Shown here one piece after another: positions 31,134 through 38,883 of a DNA stretch of 64,000 bases. The translations under genes and the position numbers were made by a program. Source of the stretch: Trueperaceae bacterium. Lineage in GTDB: Bacteria > Deinococcota > Deinococci > Deinococcales > Trueperaceae. The stretch is taken from the NCBI GenBank assembly GCA_965213925.1, contig OZ243927.1:864001-928000 (forward strand), in the 5' to 3' direction. Below the pieces are notes generated by a model. That model did not search any database. It saw only the letters and a list, made by a program, of their open reading frames with translations, and was not told the DNA's origin. Position 1 is the stretch's first letter. Each line of letters opens with the position of its first letter.

Positions 31134-32390
31134 GTGCTCAGGTCATCTCGCTCAGAGCCTCGCTGGGCAGCCCTGCTGCCCCTGCTACACTGCACAGCCC
31201 TAGCGCTTTCTATCCTTGCGGGTTGTAGTCCGGCGGCTACGCTTGAGCCGACGACACTTACGCAGCCCCTCCAAAACGTGCGGGGCAGGCCGATAGATCG
31301 GCTCGTTGCTCCTAGCGCCCTGCCGAGCGCGCGGCTTCTGAATCCCGAGGTCATCCTCTCGGGGCGCGGTGGTGCGCTGCTCGTCTCAAACGACCCGGAG
31401 TACCTCGCCGAGCCTGCCGCGCTGCCCCGTGCGCTCTACCGGGACGAGGTATCGGGCAGCTTCCGCGTCTTTTACCACCACACCAACCATACGAGGACAG
31501 ACCTCACCTTCGCTACCGCTGTCACTAACACGCACACCAGGCCGGTGCTGCTCTTTGGGCGAGGCTCAGGTCAGGGCACCAACCTCTATCCCGACATAGC
31601 AGGCCAAGTGGCCCTTAACGGCTACCTAAGGACGCGCTACCAAACAGCCCGCCTCGCCAGACTGGCTCCTGGCGAAAGCATATTCGTCACCCCCCACACC
31701 GCCGGGCCAAACGACACGGCGAGTGCCTTAGAGGAGTTTATCGCCCTCACGCCGTCCTCGGGAAGAGCTGCGCACGCGAACCGGTCCACCTTCTCAGCGC
31801 GCTTCTCGCCAGCTACCGTTACGCTCACCGTTCTGGCCTATAGAGGGGCCGCGCCGCGAGCGCCGCAGTCGCTCTCCGTCCTACCCGGCAGCCCCTTAGA
31901 GCGAGTTGACAAGACGCCCTATTATCTCCTGAAGCGGGGGACGTTCCCGTTCTTTGACCGCTACGCCGAGGTCGCCCTTTCGCCCGACACTGCCACCAAG
32001 TTGGTCGTGGACTCCGCCGTCTTTGGCCCCTTCTCCCGGGCTATACGGGGCGAATATCTTTTGGGGAGGGACGCGGTGAGCGGCGAATGGGGCTACAACA
32101 ACGGCAACTACGGGGTACTCTATAATTTCCGGCTCCGCGCCCGAAACGACGCCCTGTTGGGCTTGTCCTACGCCTTGCTAATGCAACCTTCCGGCGGGTT
32201 CGGGCATTACGCGGTGCAAACCCAGGGCGACGTCGTGACCTCCGCGTTTATCTCCTACAAAAACGCCTGGTGGTTCTACCGGGCACTCATTTTGGGACCT
32301 GGAGGCAGTCTAACGCTCCGCGCCGGCCTCACGGGTGGCTCGTTTGGGCCGCAGAAGTTCTTTTTCGTACCCTATAGGCGCTTTGAGTGA
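31134..32390 (+). CDS. Putative lipoprotein of unknown function
   Basis: Lipobox LAGC; LLVSNDPE, LYRD, RVFYHH, GNYGVLY motifs. Confidence 0.65.
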   Translation: MLRSSRSEPRWAALLPLLHCTALALSILAGCSPAATLEPTTLTQPLQNVRGRPIDRLVAPSALPSARLLNPEVILSGRGGALLVSNDPEYLAEPAALPRALYRDEVSGSFRVFYHHTNHTRTDLTFATAVTNTHTRPVLLFGRGSGQGTNLYPDIAGQVALNGYLRTRYQTARLARLAPGESIFVTPHTAGPNDTASALEEFIALTPSSGRAAHANRSTFSARFSPATVTLTVLAYRGAAPRAPQSLSVLPGSPLERVDKTPYYLLKRGTFPFFDRYAEVALSPDTATKLVVDSAVFGPFSRAIRGEYLLGRDAVSGEWGYNNGNYGVLYNFRLRARNDALLGLSYALLMQPSGGFGHYAVQTQGDVVTSAFISYKNAWWFYRALILGPGGSLTLRAGLTGGSFGPQKFFFVPYRRFE

Positions 32391-32482
32391 GCGGCTACAC
32401 TAGCGGCTGGCGAGATGGGCTGTGAATACAGTGAGCCGACCTGAGGGCAGTGCAACAGAAAACCCTCTACACGCATAGAGAT

Positions 32483-32514
32483 TTACGCATTAGACGCGCG
32501 CATCACACGCACGA
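32483..32514. repeat. 32-bp candidate recombination site L
   Basis: TTACGCATTAGAC-GCGCGC-ATCACACGCACGA (its reverse complement shares the left arm of site H). Confidence 0.7.
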
Positions 32515-32581
32515 AGTCTATGCAAATCTCCGCCCGAACTCTGCCCCGGTACTTAGCTGAATACCGATTCCAGGCGGTGCC

Positions 32582-33298
32582 TCACTCAAGCTGACTCAGC
32601 GTCATGACGTTCCTGATCTTTTCCAGGTGCGCCGCCTCGACCTCCAGCCAGCTTTCCTCACGTTCTCCGCCCTCGCGCAGCTCCGCCGCAGCGAAGCCCG
32701 AGGGCTTTAGGTCGTCGATAAAAATGATGAGGAGCTCTTTGCGGCGGGCCGAGTCCGGGATATGAACGAGCCGCGCGTAGAAATACTCGTCAGGGTAGCT
32801 GTAGCCTTTGCCAGCAAGGAACTTGCGCACGAGGTAGCCGTCCGTTCCTGGTGAGCCAAGCCGCCAGAACCTAACGTCAATGCCTGCTGCTGTGTCCGTA
32901 TAGAAGTTGAGGCCGTCTATTTCGACTCGAAGCGGAGAGTCAGTGTAATCATAGGCGTAGTCGTTGCTAGGCAAAAAGCCTTCAAACTGCAGCCAGAAAA
33001 GGCTTTTCAAACTTCCGTCCGGATGCTCCTCGACGAAGAAATGCTGTTCAACATCAGCGGTGCCGTAGAGTTCGAACGTTTGACCGCCGATGTACTCGTA
33101 GTCTTCGTCAAACATCATGTTCATGGCGGGGTCGGCTCGCGAGGTAAGGGTACCGGCTGACACAGATTTTTCTAATTCGGCGAATTCAGGTGATGTCGTC
33201 AACCTACCGGGGTCTGTAAAGTAGAAGTAGATAGCGGCAGCAGCCACAGTGATGAGGGCGAGTCCGGCGGCGATCAGGATAATCCTCTTCATAAGCAC
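32582..33298 (-). CDS. Hypothetical membrane-anchored protein (single-gene cassette)
   Basis: N-terminal TM helix; bounded by sites L and M. Confidence 0.7.
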   Translation of the reverse strand: MLMKRIILIAAGLALITVAAAAIYFYFTDPGRLTTSPEFAELEKSVSAGTLTSRADPAMNMMFDEDYEYIGGQTFELYGTADVEQHFFVEEHPDGSLKSLFWLQFEGFLPSNDYAYDYTDSPLRVEIDGLNFYTDTAAGIDVRFWRLGSPGTDGYLVRKFLAGKGYSYPDEYFYARLVHIPDSARRKELLIIFIDDLKPSGFAAAELREGGEREESWLEVEAAHLEKIRNVMTLSQLE

Positions 33299-33326
33299 AT
33301 TTACTATAAAGCCTTCGCCTATTCCT

Positions 33327-33358
33327 CAAGGACACAGTTGCGCGCGTTCGCCGCACAA
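33327..33358. repeat. Candidate recombination site M (left arm degenerate)
   Basis: CAAGGACACAGTT-GCGCGC-GTTCGCCGCACAA. Confidence 0.7.
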
Positions 33359-33454
33359 AGGCTTGAGCTTCGAAAGGCCTGTGCTGCGATCACTGAGCTT
33401 GAAAGAGCAACTTCGAGCACCTCACTTTTCGCGCAAAGCTTGTGTCGCTCACGT

Positions 33455-35677
33455 CTATGGGGAGGTATACACCCAATTTAGAAGTGCGCCTTCAACGCCC
33501 CCCGACACCAGACTGTCGCCATCAGATGACCAATCAAGGGCGAGAGAGCCAAAATCACCGAACGTCGTTTGCTGATGCCCTTCCAACCCCGTAATTCTTT
33601 CACCGGTGGCTGCCACCCAAACATGCACGCCGTCGTCCGCCTTCGCTTCGTCATCGTAGGTTGAACCTGACGTGGCGAGCCGGTGACCGTCAGGGCTCCA
33701 CGCTAACTCGTCAATGCCGTAAGGCGCTTCGATTGTAGCTAATGTTTTCTCTGAAGTACTATCAATGATTTGAACTTTTCCGCTCGACCCGCCGACGGCG
33801 AGCCGCTGGCTGTCAGGACTCCAGGCGATAGTTTTCGGATCTCGGTCAATTGTGAACGTGTGCATAAGGCGGCTAGTTTCCGCGTCCCACACTTTGACCT
33901 CGTCATAGCCTCCTCCAGCGAGCTTTGTCCCATCAGGGCTCCACGCCAGAGTAAAAATAGGGCGATAGTCTTGAACCTCGAATGTTTTGAGTAAGCTACC
34001 TGTCGTCCCATCTCGCACCTTGATCGTGCCATCTTGACCCCCACTTGCCAATCTCGTGCCGTCCGGACTCCAGCCGACTGCGTATACCTCACCACGGTGC
34101 GCGTCAACCGAGAAGAGTTGTTTGCGCGTAGCCATATCCCAAATCTTTAGAGCGCCTTCGTTGTCCTGACCACTGGCGCTTGCTAATTTTGAACCGTCCG
34201 GGTGCCAAGCGATGGCGTGAACAAAAGTGTCAAGCTCCGCTAGTGTACCGAGGCTGCGCCCCGAGGCGGCCTCCCAAACCTTAACGGTTCCGTCGTAACC
34301 TCCGCTCGCTACCTTGCCTTCGTGCAATTTGACAGTGGCGACCCGAGCCGCGTGACCGTTCGACGACATGACCTTTTGTCCGCTCTCGGCGTTCCACACG
34401 CTAAACCAAGGGATGGTGTCGTCGGCCGCAAAACGGTCGCCGTCGGGGTGCCAGTCTGCTCCTAAGACCACTCGAGCCTTCCCTACGACGCGCAGCATTT
34501 CTCTGCCCGTAGCGGCGTCCCAGATTCTTAGTTCACCCTCAGTTCCACCCCCTAAGATGCGATTCGTATTGGGTTCCCAGGCTACGACCAGAGGTTGAAA
34601 GTAATCTTCGTCGTCATCTCTCAACAGGACGCGCACAGGCTGACCCGTGTCAGCGTCCCAGATCACGACCTTGCCGCCGTTGCCGCTACTCACAAACTGC
34701 GAGCTGTCGGCGTTCCAGTCGACGTCCCAGACCCCTCCGAAAACATCAATCTCATAGAGGTGTTCGCCGGTTTCTGCATTCCATACACTGATCGAACGGT
34801 CTCCACCTACGATCTTCTCGCCATCCTGACTCCACGCCACAGCGTTATAGGTGTAATTATCGAGGCTCCAAAGCTCCTGGCCGCTCGCTATGTCCCACAC
34901 CCGCAATAACGCGTCGCCGCAGCTAACAAGTTTAGTCCCATCCGGACTCCAAGCTATATCGGTGACTTCTTCTGTATGTCCGACTAGGTCGGCGACGACT
35001 TCGCCCGTTGCCACAGACCAAACTTTAAGGCTTCCGCCCTTAAACGGTGCACCCGAACCACTTGCCACGAAAAGTCCATCCGGACTAAATGCGACCGCTT
35101 CGGCTTTTGCCGAATAGGTGTCGGAATCGAAATGATCATCGAGAGTGAATTTTAGGCTTCCCGTGGTTGCGTCCCAAAGTTTGACCATGCCGTCTGCCCC
35201 GCTAGTCGCGAGCAACTGTCCAGTCGGGCTCCAATCTAAATAGCGGACCTCCGCTGTATGGCCTGCGCCGAGTTTCCAGGCTACGTTAGTAGAGGGTAAC
35301 TGCCCTTCAACTTCTATCTTGCGCGTCGCTTTCGAGGACGTGCTCTTTGCGGAAAGCGTATAAGTTGTCTCTCCAACCGACCAGACAGCAGCTTCGGATA
35401 AACCGCTGACGTCGCCTATATCTGGCTCGAGAGTGAGCGTCAGCGACTCATCGGGAACTTGCCAGCTCAGCTGTACAGCCTCTCCGGCGGGCACAGTGAG
35501 CGTGGAAGCGGTCAATGACGTGATTAAAGTGGGGTCTGTCTCGAGGTCGACCGGGTTGTTGCCGTCTTTTACCTCATGAGTACACGATACTAACAGAGCC
35601 AAACTAAGAAGGAGGGAGCCGACGAGCCGTCTTTGATAAAAAGCCCGCACGTTCAGGCTGCTGAAATAGCGTCTCAT
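33455..35677 (-). CDS. WD40-repeat lipoprotein (probable double beta-propeller)
   Basis: Lipobox-like LLVSC; about 14 GH...WSPDG...WD repeats; ATGA overlap with the upstream gene. Confidence 0.9.
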   Translation of the reverse strand: MRRYFSSLNVRAFYQRRLVGSLLLSLALLVSCTHEVKDGNNPVDLETDPTLITSLTASTLTVPAGEAVQLSWQVPDESLTLTLEPDIGDVSGLSEAAVWSVGETTYTLSAKSTSSKATRKIEVEGQLPSTNVAWKLGAGHTAEVRYLDWSPTGQLLATSGADGMVKLWDATTGSLKFTLDDHFDSDTYSAKAEAVAFSPDGLFVASGSGAPFKGGSLKVWSVATGEVVADLVGHTEEVTDIAWSPDGTKLVSCGDALLRVWDIASGQELWSLDNYTYNAVAWSQDGEKIVGGDRSISVWNAETGEHLYEIDVFGGVWDVDWNADSSQFVSSGNGGKVVIWDADTGQPVRVLLRDDDEDYFQPLVVAWEPNTNRILGGGTEGELRIWDAATGREMLRVVGKARVVLGADWHPDGDRFAADDTIPWFSVWNAESGQKVMSSNGHAARVATVKLHEGKVASGGYDGTVKVWEAASGRSLGTLAELDTFVHAIAWHPDGSKLASASGQDNEGALKIWDMATRKQLFSVDAHRGEVYAVGWSPDGTRLASGGQDGTIKVRDGTTGSLLKTFEVQDYRPIFTLAWSPDGTKLAGGGYDEVKVWDAETSRLMHTFTIDRDPKTIAWSPDSQRLAVGGSSGKVQIIDSTSEKTLATIEAPYGIDELAWSPDGHRLATSGSTYDDEAKADDGVHVWVAATGERITGLEGHQQTTFGDFGSLALDWSSDGDSLVSGGVEGALLNWVYTSP

Positions 35678-36798
35678 TTGAAGAAGAGGCTCCAAAGGAT
35701 AACTTCTGCTCCTCGGCTACCAGAGACGAGAAACTGGCCGTCCGAACTCCAATCAAGCGTGGTAACTGATCCGATATGACCTATAAGTGAAACAAGCTCT
35801 TGGCCGGTTATGGCGTTCCAGATTTGGACACTTTGGCCGTCGCCGCTGGCGGCGAGTTGAGTACCGTCAGGGCTCCAGCTAAGCCCATAGATAAAGCGGT
35901 TAACGTCTGAATATATAGTGAACGGCTCCGAAGGAGATATCAGGGTCCATACCTTAACCTTGGACGAGTCAAGCGTAGCGGCTAAACGCGTACCGTCAGG
36001 GCTCCAAGCCAAATTGTGCACGCTATCGTAAGTGTCAAGCCCTTTCAAGACAATTTCCTTGCTCGTCGCGACCTCCCAAACGCTAACGTCTCCCCACTGG
36101 TTGCCCGCTGCGAGAAAACGTCCATCTGGACTCCAGACGATGTCAGCGATGCGGCCGGAGATTCCAGAAAAAGACACGCCCTCAGTCCCGGTCGCAGCGT
36201 CCCAGGTCTTAATAGCGCCTATACCGCTGTCTTTTAATTCGCCTCCTGCCGAGCGGACGCCATCCGGCCCCCAGTCGATAATCGCTTCGTAGCTGCCTTC
36301 AATCGTAAGTTGAAGACCTCCAGATGTTACGTCCCAAGTCTTGAATCTAGCCACGCTACCTGTCCCAGCGCCAGGGACGATTTCATAATAAGCAGCTGTT
36401 GTAAAGGCGCTGCCATCAGGCTTCCAAGTTGCGTCATCGAAGCCTGGATAGCTATTGTCGGTGAGAGACGATAGTTTCGTTCCGGTTGTAGTCTGCCACA
36501 GGTAGGCAACACCATCACGGGCAACGCTTAAAACACGGCTGTTGTCTGGGCTGAAGGTTACGGCAGTCACCTCGTCTTGGTGCCCCGCCGCGAAGGTGGT
36601 AATGGTCAGATCCTTCGCAGCAGTGTCTGCATTCCATAGTCCAAGCGTGCCATCTGTGGCTCCTGTGAGAAGTTTAGTGCCCTCTGGATGCCAAGCAATG
36701 TCGGCTTCCCAGGAAGAAAGTCCCTCCGTCTCCTTAGCGCCCTTGAGTTCTCGCAGCGCAGACCCAGTTGAGGCATCAGCAAGAATGGCATGGAGATC
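35674..36798 (-). pseudogene. 5'-truncated WD40-repeat protein
   Basis: WD40 frame continues upstream of 36570 (DIAWHPEGTKLLTGATDGTLGLWNA) to about 36798, where cas5e sequence takes over. Confidence 0.8.
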
Positions 36799-36800
36799 CC

Positions 36801-37073
36801 TAGCCGATCTATCTCGGTCGGCGTGGCTACTATCCGAGCGTCCCGCTGTTTGTCATTGACGGGCTGAAAAAGGCGAGTTTGGAGGAGGCTATCGCTACCT
36901 ATCCCCGTGTCCTAGCCGATAAAGCGGTGCGGTTCGCCGACTGCCACATCGAAGGCAAAGGCAAGGTCGTACACGACCAGCCCGTCAGCTTCGCCACTCA
37001 TACCTTCGGACCCCGGAGGGTCTACCACTGCTGCGTCAGCAAGTTAGGAGCATCATGTACGTCACCGAACTGA
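36801..37073 (+). pseudogene. cas5e: C-terminal half of type I-E Cas5 (Cas5e/CasD)
   Basis: *PIYLGRRGYYPSVPLF...DQPVSFATHTFGPRRV matches the Cas5e LYLGRKSCxPSxP and DxPxSF...F..R motifs; overlaps the cas6e start. Confidence 0.8.
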
Positions 37074-37723
37074 CCTTAAACCAGGACAACCTCTTCGCCA
37101 TGCGCGACGTCGCCGACCGCTACGAGACGCACCGCTCTGTGAAGCGCTTGACCGAAGGGATGGAGCGCAGGGTTTTGTGGCGGCTCGACATGCAGCGTGA
37201 ATGGCGGCTCACGGTTCAATGTGAGCGTCCGCTCGAGCCGCGCTATGTGTCCAAGGCGATGCCCGGATACGCCGATCAAGTCCGGAGCGCGGAGGTTGCT
37301 ACGAATTTCGACCCTGGCGACCTGCTCCTCTTCCAGCTCGAGGCGAACCCGACCGTGAAGTGTGCCAAAAAGCGGCGGGCGCTAAAGAGTATGGCTGAGC
37401 TACAGGAGTGGCTACAAAGGAAGTTTGATGATGCAGGTTGTGAACTCCTAGACTTTGCAATCTTGAAGCAGCAAGCGTTACGGTTATATCGCCAGAAGAG
37501 GCCAGATGAACAAGAAAATGACGACGAGAATGGGTGTAAGTACGCCATGTTCAACAGCGTCAGGTTCATGGGCAGCACTAAAGTAGTAGACCTTAAAGCG
37601 CTCAAAGATACGCTCGAGGCTGGCATCGGCAGCGCGAAGGGATATGGCTTTGGGTTGCTCTCATTGCGACCTATCCCTTACAGAGACATAGCTGGAGTTA
37701 AAGTCTCAAAAAGCGTGTGTTGA
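37055..37723 (+). CDS. cas6e: Type I-E CRISPR endoribonuclease Cas6e/Cse3
   Basis: MYVTELTL, YETHR, VLWRLD, FQLEANPT, QEWLQRK, G-rich loop GIGSAKGYGFGLLSL. Confidence 0.93.
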   Translation: MYVTELTLNQDNLFAMRDVADRYETHRSVKRLTEGMERRVLWRLDMQREWRLTVQCERPLEPRYVSKAMPGYADQVRSAEVATNFDPGDLLLFQLEANPTVKCAKKRRALKSMAELQEWLQRKFDDAGCELLDFAILKQQALRLYRQKRPDEQENDDENGCKYAMFNSVRFMGSTKVVDLKALKDTLEAGIGSAKGYGFGLLSLRPIPYRDIAGVKVSKSVC

Positions 37724-37729
37724 TCGAGC

Positions 37730-37878
37730 CTTTTCCCCACTCGCGTGGGGGTGGCGCGGGCGACTGATGCGCCTCGCCCTACTCCTCGCCTTTTCCCCAC
37801 TCGCGTGGGGGTGGCGCGCAAACGGGCGCGGCGAAGGGCAAAGAGGGCATTCTTCCCCACATTGGTGGGGGCGGTACC
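37730..37878 (+). CRISPR. Type I-E mini-array: 2 identical repeats, 1 diverged terminal repeat, 2 spacers (60-bp period)
   Basis: CTTTTCCCCACTCGCGTGGGGGTGGCGCG at 37730 and 37790; TTCTTCCCCACATTGGTGGGGGCGGTACC at 37850; CCCCAC/GTGGGG stem plus 8-nt handle; starts 7 bp after the cas6e stop. Confidence 0.92.
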
Positions 37879-38048
37879 ATCAGCAGAGCAAATCAAAAGC
37901 GAAAGCTGGAGTAAGTCCAGTGCATCGCGGCGAATCGCCAAAATACATTGGACGGCTGATGTATAGAAATGTCGATATCCAAGACATTGGGCGCATGATG
38001 TTTGAAACTCTTGATTAGACGAGGACTTACAGGAAGGCGTAGCAACTC

Positions 38049-38711
38049 CTATGTTGCGACTGGATGTCGAATCTCTCCAATCATGAGTCCCATTACTATG
38101 CTCGATTGGAACCAGCAGAAATTCTCGTCAACAGGGGCACGAAGTACATCCGTGAAACGCAGGTCGTACCCGCAAATTACGCAACAGTGGAGTTCCTCTT
38201 CGTCACCTCTACCGATCACTATAGCGCTCCCATAGCTATCACACTCGGTGTGTAGAAAGTTCTTATGATGTACGCAAACGCTGCAAAAGCTATACATCCA
38301 CTCCCGCCGAAAGAAAGGTTGCGTGTCCTCGAGAAGGCAGCGCGGACAATATTGAGTTGTGACAATTGGTTTAGGAGTTTTCGTCTGACGTGGGCGGTGA
38401 GAAAGTAGCTCACGCGAGCGGACACTCGCGCTTTTAATGCGTACCCGTGTCGGCGCAAGCAGCGCTTCGATATCGCCCACTGCTTGACCCGTACCCCGAG
38501 CCAAAACCTCGACCACGCTTTCTAGCTGACTGCCCTTTCGGTCTCTTATCCCTTTAGGGATAAGAGACTTGAGCAGCTTTTTTCCACTCCGCTTCTCCAA
38601 CACCTTCCAAAATCTATCCCAAGCTAAGCCGTTGCTCACAGCCAACCTAGCAACCCAGGAAGCGAAACTCTCACCTTGAAACAGTGAAGCGTGATACAGC
38701 CACAAATCCAT
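38049..38711 (-). CDS. tniQ: TniQ family target-selector protein
   Basis: N-terminal LWLYHASLFQGESFASWVARLAVSNG; Zn-binding QYCPRCLLED..PFFRREW...CVHH...CCVICGYDL. Confidence 0.85.
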   Translation of the reverse strand: MDLWLYHASLFQGESFASWVARLAVSNGLAWDRFWKVLEKRSGKKLLKSLIPKGIRDRKGSQLESVVEVLARGTGQAVGDIEALLAPTRVRIKSASVRSRELLSHRPRQTKTPKPIVTTQYCPRCLLEDTQPFFRREWMYSFCSVCVHHKNFLHTECDSYGSAIVIGRGDEEELHCCVICGYDLRFTDVLRAPVDENFCWFQSSIVMGLMIGEIRHPVAT

Positions 38712-38834
38712 ATGACAGTGTAGCAAATAGAGCAGCTTTCTTCGAAAGGACTGAAGTTGTAAACCGCTTCGGAGATCGCCCGTATACAGCCACTTTGTGA
38801 TATTATGCAGATGTGCCCCGCCCGAGCCAGAGCG

Positions 38835-38880
38835 ATTCTCAGTATTCTTTACCTATTCTCAAAATTCTTTGTTTCTGACA
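38835..38880 (-). mobile_element. Tn7-like transposon end (terminal TGT plus two putative TnsB-binding repeats)
   Basis: Minus strand reads TGTCAGAAAC-AAAGAATTTTGAGAAT-AGGT-AAAGAATACTGAGAAT; repeats at 38855-38870 and 38835-38850, 20-bp period. Confidence 0.7.
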
Positions 38881-38883
38881 CAC

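Noticed and set aside
3150..33358. Sites as classical attC sites or CRISPR repeats
   Set aside because: No GTTRRRY/RYYYAAC boxes, too short, kilobase spacing and mixed orientation.
36801..37878. Active type I-E immune system with lethal self-targeting
   Set aside because: No cas3, cas1, cas2 or leader; tniQ and the end geometry explain the self-match better.
37678..38458. ORFs 37678..37941, 37745..37966, 37767..38018, 38002..38235 and neighbours
   Set aside because: Shadow ORFs over the CRISPR array and tniQ.
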